From NCBI GenBank assembly GCA_046297935.1, contig JBKBHA010000004.1, forward strand, positions 297,447 to 361,446: a stretch of 64,000 nt of DNA, given 5' to 3'. Of this stretch, positions 1 to 8,935 are shown in pieces. The notes under the pieces were generated by a model. That model was not told where the DNA came from. It did no database searches and was given only the letters and a program-made list of their open reading frames with translations. Every line of letters begins with the position of its first letter. Position 1 is the stretch's first letter. Position numbers and translations under genes: made by a program. The DNA is from Chitinophagaceae bacterium (lineage in GTDB: Bacteria > Bacteroidota > Bacteroidia > Chitinophagales > Chitinophagaceae).

Positions 1-1455
1 TATCTGGGGCCAATCGACTGTGCTCCTGCCTCCTTGTCAACCGCCCGCATTACAGAAGTCTTTAACCGTGTTGCAGAAGATTATCGGCCGTTCAACCTGA
101 ACGTTACAACCGACTCAACCTTGTTTTTGGCAGCACCACTTAACCGCCGGACCAGGGTAATCCTGACTACCAGTTACGAATGGTATGGAGTGGCAGGCGG
201 TGTAGCATTTACCGGTTCTTTTTCCTGGCCCGACGATAACCCCTGCTTTGTATTTACCGGCCTACATGGGTACCGCGCAAAAGATATTGCAGAAGCTGCT
301 TCGCATGAGGCAGGGCATACGCTGGGTCTTTATCATCAGTCGAAATATGATGAGAACTGCTACAAGACATCTGAATACAACTGGGGTGTAGGATCAGGCG
401 AAATTGGCTGGGCTCCCATCATGGGTGCAGGCTACTCGCGCAACTTTACGCTTTGGCACAATGGGCCCAACACATATGGATGTATGAGTCAGCAGAACGA
501 CCTTGACGTTATTACTCACCCGGCAAATGGATTTGGTTACCGCGTGGATGATCACGGGTCTAGTTTTGCTACAGCAACCGTTCCGGTATTTACAGCCAAT
601 AGCTTTGAAATGACAGGTGTGGTGGAGCGAAATACGGATGACGATTACTTTCAGTTCATCATGCCTTCAACAGGTCGATTTGAGCTTGATGCCGTGCCCT
701 ACAATGTTGGAACCGGCAATGCGGGTTCTGACCTTGATTTGCAGGTGACTTTATATGATCATACTGAAACCGTTTTGAGCACTTATAATCCCGGCAATCT
801 GTTGAATTCGGTAGCCGATACGGTATTGAATGGAGGCATTTACTATCTTAAAGTGGAAGGGAAAGGAAATGCCTATACCAGTGAGTACGCGAGCCTGGGT
901 TCCTACTCGCTGCAGGCCAGGGTAGAGCCCAACGGTGGCGACATTCTTCCCCTTCAGGATTTGCGCCTGGAGGCCCGCTGGGCCAACGGCGACCACCAAC
1001 TACAATGGAGCCTCATAGCCGATGAACCCGTGAATGCGCAAAGCCTGGAAATTTCATACGATGGGCGGGTATACGAGCCGCTTGCCGAAATGGATGCCGC
1101 CAGCCGCCATTACCAATACCGGCCGGTACATGTGGTTACGGCCACTTACTATCGAATCAGGGTCGATATGGCCGATGGTCATCGATACTATTCCAATACG
1201 GCAGTAGTACAAAATGGCCAGATAAAAGACAGACCCACGCTACTGCAAAACCCCACGAGGGCCGATCAGATTCGTATCGATGCTCCGGAAGGATGCAGCG
1301 TCCGCATCGTCGATCTGCAGGGCAGGACGCTTCAATCGGGTTGGTTGCAAACCGGCATTCAAACACTGGTTGGCATTGGCCTTAAACCAGGCATTTACCT
1401 ACTGCAGTTTAACCGTGGCAAACAACAATGGACAGAAAAATTGATGATACAATAA
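1..1455 (+). CDS. Secreted zinc metalloprotease with a T9SS C-terminal sorting domain; 5' end lies outside the window. The reading frame is open from position 1, and the listed TTG at 34 is probably not the real start.
   Basis: HEAGHTLGLYH zinc-binding HExxH motif. The C-terminal ~80 aa (LLQNPTRADQIRID...IYLLQF) matches the Por/T9SS secretion-signal CTD pattern. The frame is open back to nucleotide 1. Confidence 0.55.
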   Translation, partial: YLGPIDCAPASLSTARITEVFNRVAEDYRPFNLNVTTDSTLFLAAPLNRRTRVILTTSYEWYGVAGGVAFTGSFSWPDDNPCFVFTGLHGYRAKDIAEAASHEAGHTLGLYHQSKYDENCYKTSEYNWGVGSGEIGWAPIMGAGYSRNFTLWHNGPNTYGCMSQQNDLDVITHPANGFGYRVDDHGSSFATATVPVFTANSFEMTGVVERNTDDDYFQFIMPSTGRFELDAVPYNVGTGNAGSDLDLQVTLYDHTETVLSTYNPGNLLNSVADTVLNGGIYYLKVEGKGNAYTSEYASLGSYSLQARVEPNGGDILPLQDLRLEARWANGDHQLQWSLIADEPVNAQSLEISYDGRVYEPLAEMDAASRHYQYRPVHVVTATYYRIRVDMADGHRYYSNTAVVQNGQIKDRPTLLQNPTRADQIRIDAPEGCSVRIVDLQGRTLQSGWLQTGIQTLVGIGLKPGIYLLQFNRGKQQWTEKLMIQ

Positions 1456-1545
1456 ACGCTTTCCCGTTCTGTTAACAGAACAATAATCCGTACTCCTTTT
1501 GCGAATAAGAGGTTTTTCCAGTAACTTGGGAAAACCTCTTTTAAT

Positions 1546-2019
1546 ATGCGTTGGAGAAGATTTAATGGTGACCCTATTGAACTCCCCATCAAAACAGCCG
1601 TTGAAAACGCCATCAAGCGCGAAACGGCTGCCGGCTACCGGCTAAAGGTTTGCATTGGCACCGACTCACAGGTAAAAGGCAAGGAGACCGAATTTGCCAC
1701 GGTGATTGTATTTCTGCGCGAAGGACATGGCGGCTTCATGTTCATTCACAATGAAAAAACACGCCAGTCTTTTACCATCAAGGAGCGGATGCTGATGGAA
1801 GTGGCCAAGAGCATCGAAATTGCTTATGAACTGTGCAACCTGTTTACCGACTATCAGGTAGACATGGAAGTACATGCGGACATCAACACCAACCCGCATT
1901 TCAAAAGCAACGATGCCCTGAAGGAAGCCATGGGGTATATTCTGGGTATGGGCTTTGCATTTAAAGCAAAGCCGGAAGCCTTTGCCAGCAGCAGCTGTGC
2001 CAACAAGGTCGTAAACTAA
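1546..2019 (+). CDS. DUF458 / YkuK-like RNase H-fold family protein
   Basis: CIGTDSQ motif and ~157 aa size are typical of the YkuK/DUF458 family. This is recalled from memory, not searched. Confidence 0.4.
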   Translation: MRWRRFNGDPIELPIKTAVENAIKRETAAGYRLKVCIGTDSQVKGKETEFATVIVFLREGHGGFMFIHNEKTRQSFTIKERMLMEVAKSIEIAYELCNLFTDYQVDMEVHADINTNPHFKSNDALKEAMGYILGMGFAFKAKPEAFASSSCANKVVN

Positions 2020-2102
2020 TGACCGCATCTATTCGATCGGTCGCACCGGCGGGTAACTCACCGCTTGCCGGGCAGGACATCGTCTCCCTTTTTCGCGCCT
2101 GT

Positions 2103-2396
2103 TTATTGCTTTTTGCGCGATCGTCTTTTGATACCAATCACCAGTACTACCAGCATCAGCAGTCCGAACGCAATACGCAAAATGGATTGCTGCTTTAGTT
2201 TTTTGTCTCGTTTTTGCTGCTGGGCAACAAAATAGCTGAGGTTTTGATTCATTTGTTCCCGACTCTCAATACGAGCCAGCGAATCAGTTATTTGATAGGT
2301 GTCGAAGCTGTCTGGAGCAACAACCGATCTTGCGGAGTCAGGTTGAGCAAACGTGGTTGAACAGGAAAAAATCAGGAGCAGGCAGAACAGTCGCAT
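2103..2396 (-). CDS. Small hypothetical protein with an N-terminal signal peptide and a C-terminal TM/basic anchor
   Basis: ORF with hydrophobic N-terminus (LFCLLLIFSCSTTFAQ) and C-terminal LLMLVVLVIGIKRRSRKK. No family recognised. Confidence 0.3.
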   Translation of the reverse strand: MRLFCLLLIFSCSTTFAQPDSARSVVAPDSFDTYQITDSLARIESREQMNQNLSYFVAQQQKRDKKLKQQSILRIAFGLLMLVVLVIGIKRRSRKKQ

Positions 2397-2680
2397 TTTT
2401 TTTGCAGCAAAATAGAAACTGCCTGAGCAGTAAGGATACCGTTGTCCGGGTATTTTAGTTGGCCGGGAAATGGGTGCTGTCGGTCTTCAACAGCTGGGCA
2501 GCTGAGCCATCATCGGGCAGGGGACGTTCCTCAAATGCGCGGGTATCCCGCTGGGCAAAGAAGTAGAGCAGATTGGTAGAGAGAAATAGAAATCCGATAA
2601 GAAAATACTGGGCCGTTCGTTTTCGCATCTTTTATCTGGTTGCGGCAAAGCTATGATTTTAATCTCACTTCGCCACATGG

Positions 2681-3295
2681 TTAGGATTTTGACTCGGCCA
2701 GCAAATCTTCCATAAACTGCAACAGCAGTTCGCGCCCTTCGCGCGTAATGGCGCTGCTGACAAAGAAGGGAGGCGATTCCTCCCAGTTTTCGTGCAGGCG
2801 ATCGATGAATTGCTGCACATGTCGCCGGGTGGCACCGGGTTTGTTTTTATCGGCCTTGGTGAAAATAATGGCGATCGGCACCTGCCATTTCCCCAGCTTT
2901 TCAATAAACTCAAGATCGATCGTTTGCGGGGTGTGCCTACTATCAATCAGCACAAATACGCACCTCAGATTTTCGCGACGGCGCAGGTATTGCTCAATCA
3001 TTTCTTCCCACTGCTTTCGGTTGCTTTGCGAAACCTTGGCATATCCATAGCCGGGCAAATCAACGATATACCATTTTTTTCGATTAGAAGATTCAATGTC
3101 ATAATGATTGATCAGCTGTGTCTTTCCCGGTGTAGCTGAAGTGCGCGCCATATTCTGCTTATTGCAGATCATATTGATGAGCGAGGATTTTCCCACATTG
3201 CTTCGTCCTATAAAAGCAAACTCAGCCCGGTCAGGAGCTGGACATTGCGTGTAGCTGGCGCTGCTGATCAGATAGCCTGCCTGTTTTATTTCCAT
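2681..3295 (-). CDS. engB: Ribosome biogenesis GTP-binding protein YihA/EngB
   Basis: G1 motif GRSNVGKSSLIN, DLPGYGYAK, and an overall EngB-typical sequence of ~200 aa. Confidence 0.9.
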   Translation of the reverse strand: MEIKQAGYLISSASYTQCPAPDRAEFAFIGRSNVGKSSLINMICNKQNMARTSATPGKTQLINHYDIESSNRKKWYIVDLPGYGYAKVSQSNRKQWEEMIEQYLRRRENLRCVFVLIDSRHTPQTIDLEFIEKLGKWQVPIAIIFTKADKNKPGATRRHVQQFIDRLHENWEESPPFFVSSAITREGRELLLQFMEDLLAESKS

Positions 3296-3635
3296 CGCTG
3301 CAAGATAATATTATTCCTGGCGCAACAAAGCAGGCTCCCTGCTCAGTCGCTAATTGACATATGGCGGTACTTTCATCGTCGACGGAATATGGGGCCTCCC
3401 TGATGGCGAATACACAAATCCAAAATAGGCCCGGCATCATAATTTAAACGATTTCGACATGAATTGACTTGATGTTGCGGTGGGTTTATATTACCAGTTA
3501 CAGCATCTCTATATCAGATCTAAAAGCCTGCCCCGTCGGTGAATAAATATACTTTCTTTATCCGCAAAATTTTTTAATCAATGGACATACCAACAATTGC
3601 AGTTACTCTGTTGTAATCCTCGCCCAAGAATTTCT

Positions 3636-4154
3636 TTAGAATGTGATACCGACCTGAATGCCTGCTGTGAAACTTGGTGGGTGACTGTTTCCAAATCTAA
3701 CAGGCATCGGTACGGCCACAAAATAACCTAGACCCTTGGTTTTCTTCACAATCTTGTTGATCACCGGAGTAAATCCATACCGCCCTCCGCTTTCAAAGGC
3801 GGCACGACCTGCCAAAGTCCAACCCTTGCCCAGGGCCAGCAGCAGCCCAGGATGAAATAATAAATTATTCATTCGGCTTCCTGAAGAATCAGCCCGAACG
3901 AATGGCACGAATTCGACCGAAAATCCGACTCCTGGACTCTTCCAGATATTGATCCCGACCGGCAGGCCAACTGTATAGGTATCTTTAAAATTCGTGATTA
4001 CTCGATCCTTGCTTAAGGTGACTATTGGATGGACTATTCCCACGTAGCCCCCTAATTTTGAATTGCCCTGCACCGATTGAGCTTGTGCGGTTAACTTAAT
4101 GACTACCGCTAATAACGTCAACCCAATGTAATATTTTCCGTTTAGACCACCCAT
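3636..4154 (-). CDS. Small outer-membrane beta-barrel-like hypothetical protein
   Basis: Signal peptide, alternating hydrophobic pattern, C-terminal aromatic residue (…GITF). Confidence 0.35.
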   Translation of the reverse strand: MGGLNGKYYIGLTLLAVVIKLTAQAQSVQGNSKLGGYVGIVHPIVTLSKDRVITNFKDTYTVGLPVGINIWKSPGVGFSVEFVPFVRADSSGSRMNNLLFHPGLLLALGKGWTLAGRAAFESGGRYGFTPVINKIVKKTKGLGYFVAVPMPVRFGNSHPPSFTAGIQVGITF

Positions 4155-4220
4155 TTTTCAGGCAATATTACAATGTCGAGAATCACCAAAATTGAACAGA
4201 AATGACCTTTGGTACAAAAG

Positions 4221-5060
4221 TTACCTGCTTCTCAACTTTTTTCGAAAGTCAGACGGATTTTGTCCGGCAATTCGTTTAAAGATTCTTGTAAAATGACTTT
4301 GATCTGCAAATCCGGTGAGGTAAGCGATTTCCGTCAACGAATAAGCTCCTGAGGTCATTAGTTCTTTGGCCCTATTGATTCTTTGCTGTTGGATATATAC
4401 GCCGAATGACATATCGCCGAAGTATTTTGAGAATTCTCGTGATAGATAAGAGGGGTTCAAGTTGAGATCTTTAGAAATTTCCTTTAATGTCAGGGTAGTA
4501 TCAATTTGATCCTGAATGATCTCTTTTAGTTCTTTTGCCCATGCTGGCATTTCTTCATCTGACCCGCCAACATGTCTTAAAATCTTGTTATACGCTCGCA
4601 GCAATAAATGTTCAGAAGGTTGTTGGGTATGCTTTTGATCCTGTAAAAATTTTGCCCAGCTGTATAATGCATCATACAGGACTATGCCCTGTTCCAACAG
4701 TTCGTAATCGTTTTCAAAATTGTATGCAAGTCCGGCAGAAATTGCCCACAAACCTGCTGACTGCGAGGCGAGGTCGTGGCGGTCGATGTCCGCTCCGCGA
4801 ATAATGGTTGCCATCTTATGAACCGCCCGGTCTTCAATTTTATGTTTTTTAATAAAATAATCAAAGGTACAGGTACCACCGTAATGGGTGTATTCTACCT
4901 CGGGTATGTCAAATGGAATTGCATTCAGTTCCTGTGCTTTTGTCTTCACACTTTCAAGTGGCGCATAGATAATTTCAGCACCCCTGTCAATAAAGCGTTT
5001 GATCAGCCAGGGACAGGCAATGCGATCTATTTTCGGGCGATTACGAGTTATCCATTTCAT
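4221..5060 (-). CDS. AraC-family transcriptional regulator with an N-terminal ChrB/Chrome_Resist-like domain
   Basis: The C-terminal HTH_AraC signature (YLTGFADQSHFTRIFKR) is clear. The N-terminal DRIACPWLIKRFID resembles the ChrB C-domain motif, from memory. Confidence 0.7.
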   Translation of the reverse strand: MKWITRNRPKIDRIACPWLIKRFIDRGAEIIYAPLESVKTKAQELNAIPFDIPEVEYTHYGGTCTFDYFIKKHKIEDRAVHKMATIIRGADIDRHDLASQSAGLWAISAGLAYNFENDYELLEQGIVLYDALYSWAKFLQDQKHTQQPSEHLLLRAYNKILRHVGGSDEEMPAWAKELKEIIQDQIDTTLTLKEISKDLNLNPSYLSREFSKYFGDMSFGVYIQQQRINRAKELMTSGAYSLTEIAYLTGFADQSHFTRIFKRIAGQNPSDFRKKLRSR

Positions 5061-5118
5061 AATTTCAATCGGGCGAAAATTGTTGGAAGGATTGACGCCT
5101 GTAATCGGTGTACAAGAT

Positions 5119-5352
5119 TCAATTGGTCTTTCTAACGGTGAACGAGTATTGATTACCAGAACCGGCTAACACAGTAGCAACCCGCTTGACTATCTCTGTA
5201 ATCGGTAAATTTCCCCTGTAATTGAACGACATGAAATTGGTAAACGTATCCTTTCTCACAGGTTTGAACGAATCATTTTGCATGTCGGCAGATAGCTGTT
5301 CTAGTTGTTCCGCTGCTACCTCGTCGACTCGAATATCAATAGTAAAGGCCAT
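5119..5352 (-). CDS. Small hypothetical protein
   Basis: Non-overlapping 77-aa ORF between two same-strand genes. No family recognised. Confidence 0.25.
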   Translation of the reverse strand: MAFTIDIRVDEVAAEQLEQLSADMQNDSFKPVRKDTFTNFMSFNYRGNLPITEIVKRVATVLAGSGNQYSFTVRKTN

Positions 5353-5381
5353 ATTGAATTGTTTTGTCTGTCTTGAATGAT

Positions 5382-6587
5382 TTATATGTGCAGATAATTG
5401 TAGTACCTGCGTTCTATGGACTTATAGAATGAAGTAAACAAGATTAGGATGAGAGTCAGCAAAACACCCAGATTAAAGTATGGAAACGTGACCAACAAAT
5501 AAGCGCCGAGTGCGATGCCCCTAAAAAATTCGAGATGAAATATCCATCTCCGTTGCTCCAACATGGCACCTGTTGTGATGACACTCAATATCAAATAAAC
5601 TGCAAGTATGAATATCTGCGTATTACTCAGATAGTGTTCCAGCAGGATGATGCAAAAAAGAACGGTTAGTGAAATGAAAGTTTTTACCATTATGTAGCCA
5701 CCAAGTGTTTCAGAAAGTTGATTTTCTTTTACTCCGATAGACAATTTTCGCTCTAAATGCTCACGGATGCGAGGATCGATTTCGTCAGGTTTGCCAAGTA
5801 GGCATTTCAGCTTTTTTCGGAGGCCTTTTGATCTTTTGAAAGCCGTCATCATCTCTAAAAAGAAGTGAAAGTGCTGCCAAAGAAAGCTATGGCTGTTCAG
5901 GGGCTTTGTAATACCGTACACTGGCACTTCATTTTCTTTAGCAAAAGTTCCAAAGATCTTATCCCAAATTATTAATACATCCCCAAAGTTTTTATCAAGA
6001 TAGCAGGGGTTTGAGCTATGATGTACTCGGTGATGAGATGGCGTTACAAAGAGATATTCAAGAACACCTAGTCGTCCTACCAACTGCGTATGTGTAAAGA
6101 AGGGATAGGTGCCGTGAACCAGCAAAAGTAACGTGATCATTTCCGGCGGAAACCCGACCAAAGGCAGGATTGACCAAAAGAGACAACGAGCTGCAGCCTG
6201 AAAGACAGTTATACGCGCTGCAACAGTAAAATTAAAGTCGTCGCTCTGATGATGTACAACGTGGAAGCTCCAAAACAAGTTTACCTTGTGACCAACGCGA
6301 TGATACCAGTACCATACCAGATCGGTGAGTACAAAAAGCAAAACCCAAGTCAATAATTCCGGCTTTATATCAGCTATGGCGAAATTGCGGTGTATCCAGG
6401 AAAAGAAGAAAAAGAATAGTCCGGTTGTAAACAGATCACAAAGCCTTTCAGCAATTCCTACATTAAGGTTTGCGACTACTTCCTTAAAGTTGAAGGTTCC
6501 CATATTCCTCTTCACAGACAGAAAATATTCCAATAACATAAATCCGACGAATAAGGGGATCGCAAAAGCAAGATAGTTTAGGTGCAT
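5382..6587 (-). CDS. Fatty-acid hydroxylase / sterol desaturase superfamily membrane protein with an extra C-terminal polytopic domain
   Basis: Histidine boxes HRVGH, HVVHH and HHRVHH. Multiple TM segments. Confidence 0.7.
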   Translation of the reverse strand: MHLNYLAFAIPLFVGFMLLEYFLSVKRNMGTFNFKEVVANLNVGIAERLCDLFTTGLFFFFFSWIHRNFAIADIKPELLTWVLLFVLTDLVWYWYHRVGHKVNLFWSFHVVHHQSDDFNFTVAARITVFQAAARCLFWSILPLVGFPPEMITLLLLVHGTYPFFTHTQLVGRLGVLEYLFVTPSHHRVHHSSNPCYLDKNFGDVLIIWDKIFGTFAKENEVPVYGITKPLNSHSFLWQHFHFFLEMMTAFKRSKGLRKKLKCLLGKPDEIDPRIREHLERKLSIGVKENQLSETLGGYIMVKTFISLTVLFCIILLEHYLSNTQIFILAVYLILSVITTGAMLEQRRWIFHLEFFRGIALGAYLLVTFPYFNLGVLLTLILILFTSFYKSIERRYYNYLHI

Positions 6588-6606
6588 ACTTAGCGCTTTT
6601 TATAAC

Positions 6607-7494
6607 TTAATGACCTCGGGATACTTCATATAATTCATACCAATCCTGCCTGTCGATATCAACCGAAAACGCATTTACGATATTTTTTATCCGTTTTTGA
6701 TTGGTGGTGCCAATCAATGGTAAGGCACCGAGTTTGATCAGCCATGCTACTGCCACTGACTCAAAATTTACAGCTTGTCTGGCCGCAATCTCTTCCAATT
6801 TATGTCTTACACCTAAAGGGACTTTATCACTACTGGTAGCTATCCTTCCGTTGGCAAGCGGCGAGGTGGCAAGCGGGCGCATATACCTTTGTTTGATGTA
6901 GTCGATCTGCCCATTGTCTAGTGCAGAAGTGTTCAAGAGATTTAATTCAATGTGGTTGGTAACAATCGGTATCCGCAAGTATGAGCTTAGTAGCTGGTGT
7001 TGAAATACTGAGAAATTGACAATACCGATATGCCTTACTTTTCCAGATTCCTTTAGCTTTTCAAGCGTAATGGCAGTCTGTTCGAGGTTCGAAAGAGGAT
7101 CCAACTGATCTAAAAGAAAAACATCTATGTAATCGGTGCGGAGGTTCTTGAGAGAATTTTCGAGGCTTTTTTCAATATGCCTCCCGGACGTATCATTATA
7201 CTTCACTCTTATATCGGTACGTGAGGGGTGAGGTATATTCTGGCCACATTTTGTGAATAGCACCACATCGTTGCGCTTAACAGATCTATTCTTTAGAATA
7301 TTTCCAAATAGTGTTTCCGCCTGATATCCACCGTAAATATCTGCATGATCAAATGTATTGATCCCCAGTTCGAGGCAAAGGTTAACAATTTCTTCCATTT
7401 TAGAGTAGTCCATATCCTGATCGGTCCAACGGTAAAACCCATAAATAGCCGGAGAAACTTTTGGGCCTGAATCACTTAGATAAATCTTTTCCAT
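6607..7494 (-). CDS. Aldo/keto reductase family oxidoreductase
   Basis: GINTFDHADIYGGYQAE, the AKR catalytic-tetrad region. ~295 aa. Confidence 0.8.
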   Translation of the reverse strand: MEKIYLSDSGPKVSPAIYGFYRWTDQDMDYSKMEEIVNLCLELGINTFDHADIYGGYQAETLFGNILKNRSVKRNDVVLFTKCGQNIPHPSRTDIRVKYNDTSGRHIEKSLENSLKNLRTDYIDVFLLDQLDPLSNLEQTAITLEKLKESGKVRHIGIVNFSVFQHQLLSSYLRIPIVTNHIELNLLNTSALDNGQIDYIKQRYMRPLATSPLANGRIATSSDKVPLGVRHKLEEIAARQAVNFESVAVAWLIKLGALPLIGTTNQKRIKNIVNAFSVDIDRQDWYELYEVSRGH

Positions 7495-7528
7495 TCTAAC
7501 AATTTGTTTAAGTCAAATACGAATGATG

Positions 7529-8083
7529 CTACAAGCTTATTTTTCTGTGAAACTTGGACTCTTGAACATACGCCGCCAGGTGGCTATCTATATTTGTCTC
7601 GGCTGTGTTATTAAAGATATTTGTCGCGACCATCATACCTGCGAAGGCTATCAGTAGTACCATTTCATTTGTTTTAAAGTCGACAGAAATTGCATTGTAC
7701 ACATAATCAGAGATATTGCCCGAATACTTTGCTATCGCAGAGCCAAATTGATATAATGCCTGTTCCTGCCTGTTTAATTGAAGATGGTCCGCGCTTTCTC
7801 CCGACTCAGCAACTAACTTCCTAAAGACCGCAGTGCAAAGTGGACTTTCGGAGGTGGAAGATAAAGCCAAAGCATACAAGGCGGCCATTCGCTTACCCAG
7901 CAAATTTTCGATTTCGTCATACATAACATACCATTGCATGTACACTTCTAAAGCGGGCAAGGAGTGGCACAAAGTCAGGTTCGTGTTCGTTATAATGCCA
8001 TTGTTTGTCCTTAAATGTCTTTCTAACGCAACTTTTACCGATGGAGAAAGACGATTGATATCCATTTGTGGTATTCTTGCCAT
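7529..8083 (-). CDS. Carboxymuconolactone decarboxylase / AhpD-like family protein (tentative)
   Basis: ~184 aa helical protein with a Cys-x-His (LTLCHSL) arrangement reminiscent of the CMD/AhpD fold. Weak. Confidence 0.35.
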   Translation of the reverse strand: MARIPQMDINRLSPSVKVALERHLRTNNGIITNTNLTLCHSLPALEVYMQWYVMYDEIENLLGKRMAALYALALSSTSESPLCTAVFRKLVAESGESADHLQLNRQEQALYQFGSAIAKYSGNISDYVYNAISVDFKTNEMVLLIAFAGMMVATNIFNNTAETNIDSHLAAYVQESKFHRKISL

Positions 8084-8184
8084 AATCCGGTATTTAACTT
8101 AAAGCCTGGTAAGTTTGTTGAAATGCATCCCGTAGAAACGGGATGCGTGTATGAACGACTGCTTACCTACTATAAAATGTACAG

Positions 8185-8255
8185 AGATCAAGGGTGGATT
8201 CGAACCACCGTATAAGGTTTTGCAGACCTTCGCCTAACCACTCGGCCACATGATC
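8185..8255 (-). tRNA. tRNA-Cys (anticodon GCA)
   Basis: Hand-folded cloverleaf on the minus strand: acceptor gatcatg/cttgatc, anticodon stem aaggt/acctt with loop cuGCAaa, T-arm ggtgg-ttcgaat-ccacc. No encoded CCA. Confidence 0.8.
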
Positions 8256-8302
8256 ATTAGACCGTTCTTTGCTATGATCGATTTGTCAAAGTAAGGGAAA
8301 TT

Positions 8303-8333
8303 TTATTAGTCTACCAAAATGGTAGACTAATAA
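8303..8333. repeat. Perfect 13-bp-stem palindrome TTATTAGTCTACC-AAAAT-GGTAGACTAATAA. It shares the core motif GTCTAC-N7-GTAGACTAATAAT with a second copy at 8889-8914.
   Basis: Read directly from the sequence. It lies between tRNA-Cys and the 3' end of the small minus-strand ORF. Confidence 0.6.
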
Positions 8334-8513
8334 TTTAATTTTCTTCACAGAAATTTTTCAAATTTTTCTCTATTAACGATATTGATTAATGTCAGCCCAA
8401 GAACGCAGCGGATATGTCAAATTGTAACGGGGGAGCCTTGAATATTCAGATCGCGAGATAGCATGATCATTTCGCGAGTGCTCGGTTTATTTATTTTCAG
8501 AACAGGCTAGAGG

Positions 8514-8822
8514 CTATTTTTTTTTGAGTTTTATCTGTAAGTACTTTGGATTGCTCGTAATACGCAGCTGCTTAGAATGATATTTGCTGTGCTTAACGGT
8601 CAGGAGAAACGGATAAGAGTTCCAAGTTGTCAACTTAAACTCCCCCAACTCGCCAGTAATAGCTTCTTCTTCACCTTCAACGGTGTAGACGTAAGCTCCG
8701 GCGACGGGAAGGCCATCATCTGCGTTTATAATTTTTCCTTTCAGTTCAATCGATTCGGATAAAGTCATGAAATGAAGTGTAAGGACAGGAATAAGCGTTA
8801 TTATACTTAAGAACGTTTTCAT
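8514..8822 (-). CDS. Stand-alone carboxypeptidase-regulatory-like (CarbopepD_reg) domain protein. It resembles the N-terminus of a TonB-dependent receptor and is possibly a gene fragment.
   Basis: Signal peptide followed by GKIINADDGLPVAGAYVYTVEGE...GEFKL and ...YHSKQLRITSNPKYLQIKL, which resemble the CarbopepD_reg start of SusC/TonB receptors. It ends in KKK encoded by an A9 tract. Confidence 0.4.
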   Translation of the reverse strand: MKTFLSIITLIPVLTLHFMTLSESIELKGKIINADDGLPVAGAYVYTVEGEEEAITGELGEFKLTTWNSYPFLLTVKHSKYHSKQLRITSNPKYLQIKLKKK

Positions 8823-8888
8823 CTTTCTATATATTTTTTGTCGCTTTGGCAGGGGCCATGATAGTTGCCGGTAATTTTCATTACATTT

Positions 8889-8914
8889 GTCTACAAAAAT
8901 AGTAGACTAATAAT
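8889..8914. promoter_or_regulatory. Second copy of the GTCTAC-N7-GTAGAC-TAATAAT palindromic motif, in the divergent promoter region between the CarbopepD_reg ORF and the TlpA-like gene. Candidate operator.
   Basis: GTCTACAAAAATAGTAGACTAATAAT is seen in the sequence, ~20 nt upstream of the 8936 start. Confidence 0.4.
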
Positions 8915-8935
8915 AGAGGGACAAATTTTTTTGAC

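Noticed and set aside
8185-8255. tRNA-Cys as the integration site of the repeat-flanked segment at 8260-8935
   Set aside because: The palindromic motifs lie on the 5' side of the tRNA rather than at its 3' end. No integrase gene is present. Nothing supports this beyond proximity.
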